64,000 nt of DNA from a virus. The DNA is taken from IMG/VR virus record IMGVR_UViG_3300017824_001452; one strand, 5' to 3'. The notes beneath the pieces are model-generated. The model made no database searches and was not told the DNA's origin. It saw only the letters and a program-made list of their open reading frames with translations. This document shows positions 57,653-64,000 of the stretch, piece by piece. The stretch's first letter is position 1. Every line of letters starts with the position of its first letter. The position numbers and the translations under genes are program-made.

Positions 57653-58381
57653 ATGAAAAACATTTCAAATGTAGTATTGTTATCAGCATTGATTGTAACC
57701 ACAACGGGTTGTTCAATGTTCGGTGGCAAAAAAGCAGACAACGTTGAAGTCCCTAAGACTACAGCAGTCACTCAGCAAAAACTCAGCACATTCTTTGAAG
57801 ACGATGGTATCAGAGTCAATTGGGAATGTATTGACAGAAACGGTTGGACTCTTAACATTACATGTAAAGAATCTGAGATCAAATCGATTGAAGCAACCAT
57901 TACTATTCCATCAAACGGTGGCACTAATTTTAATGGTCAGTCTGCAAATCAAATAGGTCAACTTGAATCTATGGCAATGATTGCTAGGTTCATCAACGAA
58001 GATATTACTACTGAAAGGGTAGTAACTCTTATGGCTCAAAACGTTGAAAAAGCAGACGATACTTATCGTAATCCTATCAAGGGTACAGGGCAAAACAATG
58101 TAAATGCTCCAAGACTACCAGCAGTCGTTGGCATTACAAGCAGTGAGCCACTAGCACCTAGAGACCCTGGCAAACCAAACATGAACTTTGCTGTTCGTTC
58201 TAATATCAATGATACTGTAAGAGAACTCAACACAGTTGTCAGAGGGAACGCACAAGCAATCATGCGAGGAACAGTGTTTGAAGTCGATCAAAAAGACGAT
58301 CAATTGATTCAAATCACTGCTACATGGCATAGAGAAAGAGCCGAAACAATTCAGAACGATATAGCACCTTATTTTAACTAG
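57653..58381 (+). CDS. Predicted lipoprotein
   Basis: Lipobox TTG-C; AGGAGG SD. Confidence 0.75.
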   Translation: MKNISNVVLLSALIVTTTGCSMFGGKKADNVEVPKTTAVTQQKLSTFFEDDGIRVNWECIDRNGWTLNITCKESEIKSIEATITIPSNGGTNFNGQSANQIGQLESMAMIARFINEDITTERVVTLMAQNVEKADDTYRNPIKGTGQNNVNAPRLPAVVGITSSEPLAPRDPGKPNMNFAVRSNINDTVRELNTVVRGNAQAIMRGTVFEVDQKDDQLIQITATWHRERAETIQNDIAPYFN

Positions 58382-58391
58382 GAGTTATTAT

Positions 58392-59357
58392 ATGAGGCTA
58401 GTTCTCGCGGTCTTATTCATACTTACTTCTCCCGCGGCATATGCAATGCAAGTCGAGGGAGAAGGTCCTACACTAGAGATAGCACTTAATAACGCATTTA
58501 AAGTAGCAATTGACAATGAAGTAGGTGTCATATTAGATACTGAACGCCATTTGCAAAATGGTGAAATAGTGCATAATCAAATCTTATCATATAGTGCAGG
58601 ATATATCAAAACATATCAAATTAAACATCACATCTATATTAGAGACTTAAACTTACATAGAGTAATTGTAAACGTTTCTGTAGCCAGTTCTAAGTTAAAG
58701 AACTTTTTGTTGAGTCGTAATCATAATCCATTGGGTTTTAATGTTGATAACATCAAAGCACAAATACGATTGTACAAAGAGGGTTATGTAGACGGACAAA
58801 AGTTACTTGACAATACTCTTAAGTATTTTCCTAGTGAGGCTTTTAATGTGACTGTACATGATTTTAGTGTCGTTGCAGACTATCACAATCCTAACAAACA
58901 TTATTTACATGTCCCTTACACTATATCTTGGGACCAAAAATATTTGGTAGCATTGCAAGAACTTTTAATTTTGTTTGAGGGTGACAGGGGAGGCCGTACA
59001 TATATTTCATTTGACGAAGAACGAGTTTATATTTCGGACCAAATAATGTATAGAAAATTGCGAAAAGTATTTGGTCGCAATGACTTTGTGCTATTAAATA
59101 TTAACTCATTGCATAATGAATCCTCGATAAATATATGTGTACAAAGTATAAGATATATTCCTGATCAACCTTGGGGAAGTAGTAAAGCATTATATACGTA
59201 CACGGGCGGGGGATTATCATTTCACACAAGTAGAGAAACTACAAGTTTTTTGATGCACCCTATAAATGAACAAGATTTAAGTGAATTTGAGGGAACAACA
59301 GAGTTGACTTTAACAGTCTCCTCCGCTAAAAACTGTCCAGAAAATTCAATAAGATAA
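58392..59357 (+). CDS. Secreted protein with LPP20/FlgT-N-like N-terminal domain
   Basis: Signal peptide AYA; GEG.T.E.AL.NA...AI...VGV pattern. Confidence 0.55.
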   Translation: MRLVLAVLFILTSPAAYAMQVEGEGPTLEIALNNAFKVAIDNEVGVILDTERHLQNGEIVHNQILSYSAGYIKTYQIKHHIYIRDLNLHRVIVNVSVASSKLKNFLLSRNHNPLGFNVDNIKAQIRLYKEGYVDGQKLLDNTLKYFPSEAFNVTVHDFSVVADYHNPNKHYLHVPYTISWDQKYLVALQELLILFEGDRGGRTYISFDEERVYISDQIMYRKLRKVFGRNDFVLLNINSLHNESSINICVQSIRYIPDQPWGSSKALYTYTGGGLSFHTSRETTSFLMHPINEQDLSEFEGTTELTLTVSSAKNCPENSIR

Positions 59358-59366
59358 GTACATCAT

Positions 59367-60569
59367 ATGAGTGAAAAAAATGAGTTTCATTGTTCTTTTT
59401 GTGGTACACACAAAGAAAATGTACAAAAATTAATTGTCGGTGAACAAGTAGCAATCTGTTCTGATTGTGTTGCCCTTTGCCAAACATTAATTGAAGAAGA
59501 ACAACCAGATGATGCTCAAGCAAAATCTGATGTTATAGAAAAGGTTGAACCTCATGCTATACTTAGACACCTAGATAAGTATGTTGTTGGTCAGAAGTCT
59601 GCTAAAGAGGTCCTAGCAGTAGCAATTACTAATCATTACAAACGTGTATTCAATCCTCCCCCTGCAGGATTAACTATTCAAAAAGGTAACGTACTTTTAT
59701 TAGGACCAACAGGGTGTGGTAAAACTTTACTTGCACAAACAGTTGCAAAATATCTTAATGTTCCTTTTATTGTTGCTGATGCTACTAACTTAACCGAAGC
59801 AGGATATGTCGGTGAAGACGTAGATAGTATGATAAGTGTATTATTATCAAAAGCAGACGGTGATGTAGCAAAAGCAGAACGTGGCATCATTTTTATTGAT
59901 GAAATAGACAAAATAGCACGTAAGAGTGAAAACGTTTCTATAACACGTGACGTAAGCGGAGAGGGCGTACAACAAGCACTTTTAAAGATTGTAGAAGGTA
60001 CAGTATGTCGTGTTGCTCAACACGGCAAACGTAAGCACCCTCAGGAGCCCCTCATTGAAGTTAATACTAAAGACATACTCTTTATAGCAGGCGGTGCATT
60101 CGATGGTCTAATAGACGTTGTGAAGGCTAGAACAACGGGTACAAACATAGGTTTCGGTAGTGAATTGAAAGATACAGAGTCAGGGCATTTTAAAGATGTA
60201 AAAGCAGATGACTTAATGAAGTTTGGAATGATTCCTGAATTTATTGGAAGATTCCCTACAACAATTAATGTAGAAGAATTATCTAAACAAGAACTAATCA
60301 AAGTACTGACAACAGTTAAAAATAATTTTATTGATCAATACACCTATCTTTTTAGCATTGATGAGATTGAGTTGTCTTTTACTGACGATGCGATTGAAGA
60401 AATAGTAATTAATTGTATGCAACAAAAGACAGGCGCACGTGGTTTACAAACAGAAATAGAAAGAGTTTTACGACCTCATATGTTTGATTCAGGAAAATAT
60501 AAAAAGAAAGGTATTACGGAACTAAATATAGACAAGGAATTAGTAATTAACCCACAACCAATTAAATGA
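59367..60569 (+). CDS. clpX: ATP-dependent Clp protease ATP-binding subunit ClpX
   Basis: CSFCG zinc finger, [39 protein letters not shown] loop, TGARGL. Confidence 0.97.
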   Translation: MSEKNEFHCSFCGTHKENVQKLIVGEQVAICSDCVALCQTLIEEEQPDDAQAKSDVIEKVEPHAILRHLDKYVVGQKSAKEVLAVAITNHYKRVFNPPPAGLTIQKGNVLLLGPTGCGKTLLAQTVAKYLNVPFIVADATNLTEAGYVGEDVDSMISVLLSKADGDVAKAERGIIFIDEIDKIARKSENVSITRDVSGEGVQQALLKIVEGTVCRVAQHGKRKHPQEPLIEVNTKDILFIAGGAFDGLIDVVKARTTGTNIGFGSELKDTESGHFKDVKADDLMKFGMIPEFIGRFPTTINVEELSKQELIKVLTTVKNNFIDQYTYLFSIDEIELSFTDDAIEEIVINCMQQKTGARGLQTEIERVLRPHMFDSGKYKKKGITELNIDKELVINPQPIK

Positions 60570-60862
60570 CATATAGAACTAACAAACATAAAGGAAGAAA
60601 TTTTAACGACAGGAAAAAACCATTCGTTCAACAACCTCGAGGCAACAAAGTTGTTGTAATCGACGGCAATGTAGATCAAGCATTACGTAAATTTAAAAAG
60701 AAAGTTTCAAACTCTGGCTTAATTGATGACATCAAAAAGAATGAATTTTATGAAAAGCCAACAAATAAAAGAAAAATTAAAAAAGCAATGGCTATCAAAC
60801 GTGAAAAGAAAAGACAAGCCACTGAGTTAGGACCACGTAGTCCTAGAAGTAGAAAATATTAA
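60566..60862 (+). CDS. rpsU: 30S ribosomal protein bS21 with basic N-terminal extension
   Basis: NVDQALRKFKKKV...G...FYEKPT.KRK.KK. Confidence 0.88.
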   Translation: MTYRTNKHKGRNFNDRKKPFVQQPRGNKVVVIDGNVDQALRKFKKKVSNSGLIDDIKKNEFYEKPTNKRKIKKAMAIKREKKRQATELGPRSPRSRKY

Positions 60863-60914
60863 CCCAAAATTACTTGAAAAATACTTTTTTATCATTATAT
60901 AATGATAAATAGTT

Positions 60915-60994
60915 ATGTGAAAAAGATAGGTTTCTTATTCACATGGATGCCGAAAGGGTCCAAACTTTAATCTTGCTTTAAAAAGGAGAATATT
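60915..60994 (+). promoter_or_regulatory. ROSE-like RNA thermometer in hsp20 5' UTR
   Basis: Two hairpins, then UCUUGCU pairing with AGGAGA SD with a bulged G; late box at 60904. Confidence 0.65.
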
Positions 60995-61450
60995 ATGACA
61001 AGCAATATACCAACCTTACGTCTAAAATCTTTAGACATACCCTCAATACATAAATTTGGAATCGGGTTCGATTCGATCTTTGATGACCTTAATCGACTAG
61101 CCGCAGTTGCTGGGAAGGATAATTATCCTCCCTACAATGTAGTCAAGCATGACGATGACAATTATGTTATCGAACTTGCAGTCGCAGGGTTTAGTAAAGA
61201 TACTATTTCTATTGAGGTAGATCAAAACCAGTTAAAAATCTCATCTAAAGTAAAAGAAGATGTTGATGAAGGACTGGAGTATTTGCACAGAGGAATTAGT
61301 GCAAGACACTTTGAGAGATCATTTACATTAGCAGATCACGTTTACGTAAAAGATGCTAAAATGACAGATGGAATCTTAAAAGTTATCTTAGAACGTCAAT
61401 TACCTGAGGAACTCAAACCCAGAACTATTGACATCTCCTCTGATAAATAA
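60995..61450 (+). CDS. Small heat shock protein Hsp20 (IbpA-like)
   Basis: IGFD, NYPPYNV, ELAVAGF, YLHRGIS.R.F.RSFTL, DGIL. Confidence 0.95.
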   Translation: MTSNIPTLRLKSLDIPSIHKFGIGFDSIFDDLNRLAAVAGKDNYPPYNVVKHDDDNYVIELAVAGFSKDTISIEVDQNQLKISSKVKEDVDEGLEYLHRGISARHFERSFTLADHVYVKDAKMTDGILKVILERQLPEELKPRTIDISSDK

Positions 61451-61466
61451 TATAATAGAGGTATGT

Positions 61467-61490
61467 TGTGCGTAGTTTCGGCTACGCACA
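61467..61490 (+). other. Stable UUCG-tetraloop hairpin between hsp20 and clpS (terminator or 5' stabiliser)
   Basis: TGTGCGTAG-T-TTCG-G-CTACGCACA, just downstream of late box 61442. Confidence 0.6.
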
Positions 61491-61520
61491 CATTTAATCA
61501 CTCTAAACCAAGGAATTATT

Positions 61521-61835
61521 ATGACACAAGAATTTGATGCAACAACAGAAGGAAAAATCAAACCTAATTTCGCATTGCAGGAACCGCCTTTGTTCAAAGT
61601 TATTTACATCAATGATGAAGTAACAACTATGGAATTTGTCGTAGATACCTTATGTGATTATTTTTCTTACAATCCAGATACCGCATCCAATATTACTGCT
61701 GACATTCATAGAGACGGTTCGGCTACTGTAGCAGTTTTACCCTACGAGATCGCAGAACAAAAAGGTATCGAAGTTACTTTAGAAGCACGTTCAAAGGGTT
61801 ATCCGCTTCAAATCAAAGTAGAAGCAGAATCTTAA
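61521..61835 (+). CDS. clpS: N-end rule adaptor ClpS
   Basis: PPLFKVIYINDEVTTMEFVV, IHRDGSA, YEIAEQK, GYPL. Confidence 0.93.
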   Translation: MTQEFDATTEGKIKPNFALQEPPLFKVIYINDEVTTMEFVVDTLCDYFSYNPDTASNITADIHRDGSATVAVLPYEIAEQKGIEVTLEARSKGYPLQIKVEAES

Positions 61836-62563
61836 ACTAAAACAGAAATTCTTTTAGGATTAAATTGTTTGACATTCTTCCCTTCTAGGGGATTGCTTAC
61901 ACACTGAATATCACATTTACGGGGAAGTATTAAAGTTGCTTCAACAGGTTTATCATATGATCCATAGATCCAATGAGTGACTTTACTTTCACTATCTGCA
62001 TTTAGAACAGTATCTAGTGGTGTTTGTGTTTCAACGTATTCAGGCACTTGACCAAAATAACAGTTTTCATTAGGGACACCATTAGTTACAATTACAATCT
62101 TTTTAACATCTAAGTGGCGTTGAAGTTTTTCTATAGTCTTATGCAAAAAGCCCATGTCATCTAATCTATATTGGTTATATTTCAAATCATCTATTGATAT
62201 AGATTTTCCGGGCTCATGTGCAGTCTCCCAACAGTTACTACCAATAACTGCAACACCATCGATTATCACTATATTATGATGTAAAATGACAATGTTAGGT
62301 ATTTTTTGTGCTATTGTTACTAACTGAGAAGTTCTATGATTGATATCGCCATCACAATCTTCATACTCAAGCATGCCTGGTGTGTAAAAGACACCTTGAT
62401 ATTGTTGACTAAGATGGACAAGGGTTTGCGTTACGGTTCTCATATCAGAACTAATGTTTCCCGTTAATATGCAATACAAACTTGTAGGTTTATCATGCCA
62501 ATTAAAAGAATCATTAGGTTCTAAATTCAGATCACTGAGTACATCAAACCCGATATCGATCAT
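61832..62563 (-). CDS. Calcineurin-like metallophosphoesterase fold with substituted metal ligands (pseudo-enzyme)
   Basis: SDLN, TGN, PGMLE, VTNGVP, WIYGSYD sit at the positions of the five canonical motifs. Confidence 0.6.
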   Translation of the reverse strand: MIDIGFDVLSDLNLEPNDSFNWHDKPTSLYCILTGNISSDMRTVTQTLVHLSQQYQGVFYTPGMLEYEDCDGDINHRTSQLVTIAQKIPNIVILHHNIVIIDGVAVIGSNCWETAHEPGKSISIDDLKYNQYRLDDMGFLHKTIEKLQRHLDVKKIVIVTNGVPNENCYFGQVPEYVETQTPLDTVLNADSESKVTHWIYGSYDKPVEATLILPRKCDIQCVSNPLEGKNVKQFNPKRISVLV

Positions 62564-62573
62564 TTATTATGCC

Positions 62574-62870
62574 TTACTTGATTTGTAAATTAGGCTTTGC
62601 TGATCCTTTTTTAGGTCCAGACTTTTTAGGTGCTGCCTTCTTAGGGGCCGCTTTTTTTGCAGTAGTCTTTTTAGGTGCCGCTTTTTTAGGAGCAGTTTTA
62701 GCAGGTGCCTTTTTTCTAGGAGCCGCTTTTGCTCTTGGTTTAGCAGGAGTTTTTGGAGTAGTTACTGTAGAAGATTTACCGCTAGATTTTTTATCATCTT
62801 TTTTACGGTAAAAATAAACTACGGCGACAACTACTGCCAAGCCTAAAATGACTGAAATTTCATTTTCCAT
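62574..62870 (-). CDS. N-terminally membrane-anchored protein with histone H1-like KKAAP tail
   Basis: TM VILGLAVVVAVVYFY then KKAPAK/KKAAPKK repeats; AAGGAG SD. Confidence 0.8.
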   Translation of the reverse strand: MENEISVILGLAVVVAVVYFYRKKDDKKSSGKSSTVTTPKTPAKPRAKAAPRKKAPAKTAPKKAAPKKTTAKKAAPKKAAPKKSGPKKGSAKPNLQIK

Positions 62871-62890
62871 ATTATCTCCTTTTGGATTAC

Positions 62891-62919
62891 ATTCTACATT
62901 GTATTTATGAGGAAGTCAA
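62891..62919 (-). promoter_or_regulatory. sigma70 promoter with late box nested in the spacer
   Basis: TTGACT-N17-TAGAAT; spacer contains CATAAATA. Confidence 0.55.
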
Positions 62920-62984
62920 CTGCTTTGTTTTTTATTTTAACCAAATAATTTTATAAATAATTATGACACAGAGGAGAATCATCA

Positions 62985-63488
62985 ATGAAAAAAGAGAGGG
63001 CTGAAAAAATCCTAAACTTTTGGATGAACGAAAAACTACCTACAGTAGCCCAACAAAAACGACAACCATACAGACCTGATCTTTATATAGTACGCAAAAC
63101 ATGGCGAGTACTAAATGCCACATGTTTTAACAACGAACTTAAAATGCCGGCATTTACATTTCACTCTCGCAAGTCATGGTGGGCAATGTGTTGTAGTGAT
63201 GATAGCAAACCAAGAAAATTAAAATCAAAATCCTGTTGTGAAATACAACTAAGTGATAAGTGGTTTTGTAGGCAATGGTTTATTGATACACTTGCACATG
63301 AAATGGCACATCAATATCAATGGGACATCGATGGTGTAAAACGAGTCAACAAGGGTTGGGAGCCTATTATGTCTCATGGACCTTCATTTTTTAAACATAG
63401 AGATAACATTGACAAATACGGCATGTCTTTAAAAGTATGTCACAGAAACGCCAAATGGTTTAAGTATCAGTCTTTAAAGAAATGCTGA
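62985..63488 (+). CDS. SprT-like zinc metalloprotease
   Basis: LN..CF.NEL, TLAHEMAHQYQ, SHGPSF; TATAAATA and GAGGAG upstream. Confidence 0.8.
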   Translation: MKKERAEKILNFWMNEKLPTVAQQKRQPYRPDLYIVRKTWRVLNATCFNNELKMPAFTFHSRKSWWAMCCSDDSKPRKLKSKSCCEIQLSDKWFCRQWFIDTLAHEMAHQYQWDIDGVKRVNKGWEPIMSHGPSFFKHRDNIDKYGMSLKVCHRNAKWFKYQSLKKC

Positions 63489-63499
63489 TAAATACTATC

Positions 63500-64000
63500 A
63501 TGCATGATTCATTACTTAACACATTAGATTTAATTAACGAAGACGTAACTCTTAGTGCCAGTCAAATTAATAAGTATCAGGAAAGATTTGACAAGTTTAT
63601 TGAGATGATTCGTACTGGCATGGCCTTTTACACTGTAGACAGAGAAGCAGTAATTGCTGAACCTAGTGAAGCAGATAGATTTCAAGGTTTAAAAGACGAA
63701 GATCAGTTTAAGGGCGGACTTAAAATTAAATTAGAAACTGGTGATGAGATACCTTTAAGTAAGTTACTAAAGACACCAGACTTAGGTGGACAAGCAATCG
63801 TTGGGCAAGATGAAGGAGAGTCTACTGAAGAAGTCGGTAAAGAATCAGCAGTACTCAAACCGTCTCAAATCGGAATCACAGATAAAGATATTCCAGCAAG
63901 TAAATTAGGTCAAGAAATTATTGCTAATGAGTCACTAAACTCTACTGAATATGGTAAAGTTGTAGTGCAAATGGCTATTGATATTATGGAAGGTAAGAAT
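63500..64000 (+). CDS. 3'-truncated protein with capsid-targeting-like N-terminus (MHDSLLNTLDLINE)
   Basis: GATAAATA-N5-ATG; frame open to the window end; not in track. Confidence 0.7.
   Translation, partial: MHDSLLNTLDLINEDVTLSASQINKYQERFDKFIEMIRTGMAFYTVDREAVIAEPSEADRFQGLKDEDQFKGGLKIKLETGDEIPLSKLLKTPDLGGQAIVGQDEGESTEEVGKESAVLKPSQIGITDKDIPASKLGQEIIANESLNSTEYGKVVVQMAIDIMEGKN

Noticed and set aside
62569-62811. Plus-strand 80-aa hydrophobic ORF
   Set aside because: Antisense shadow of the KKAAP-repeat gene, which has the SD and promoter.
1-64000. Stop-codon reassignment as in some huge phages
   Set aside because: Code 11 gives dense, full-length genes, and TAA, TAG and TGA all end genes flush with the next start.
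1-64000. tRNA, rRNA, CRISPR array, transposase or integrase
   Set aside because: No cloverleaf, repeat-spacer array or recognisable recombinase seen. Intergenic gaps are short and explained by promoters (by-eye only).
1-64000. Bacterial chromosome or eukaryotic giant virus origin
   Set aside because: Host-like genes occur singly without their operons, alongside a T4-type polymerase, clamp, RNase H, ATP ligase, late boxes, SD sites and sigma70 promoters.

Overview
64 kb of an AT-rich, gene-dense large T4-like (Caudoviricetes, probably huge/jumbo aquatic) phage genome in the standard genetic code. A proteobacterial host is suggested by sigma70-type promoters, an IHF site, YggX, IscU, ClpS and ClpX. 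The window has five parts. (1) 1-11.8 kb: putative virion-internal proteins sharing T4-type capsid-targeting N-termini and an EDIKRLSG linker, interleaved with enzyme genes. (2) 11.8-17.4 kb: a late biosynthetic cluster (SAM methyltransferase with an ACP-like domain, diiron ferritin-like protein, Cj1417-like amidohydrolase, CysC-like kinase/cytidylyltransferase fusion, cupin, two P-loop proteins, 2OG oxygenase). (3) 18-41 kb: replication genes (family B polymerase, clamp) embedded with a QueC-less 7-deazaguanine DNA-modification pathway (DpdA, DpdL-like, FolE, QueD, QueE), glycosyltransferases, nucleotide-sugar enzymes, GuaC and a purine PRTase. (4) 41-55 kb: repair and host-derived genes (gp88-like, UvsE, YggX, RNase H, ligase). 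(5) 55-64 kb: membrane and lipoproteins plus a ClpX-bS21-Hsp20-ClpS module. Non-coding signals include about 15 sigma70 early promoters, many (G/T)ATAAATA late promoters (several placed for leaderless translation), a recurring GGGTAA box upstream of early promoters, a ROSE-like thermometer and two candidate small-RNA/peptide units. No tRNA, rRNA, CRISPR array, intron or intein was recognised. All family assignments come from motif recognition by eye, not database searches.
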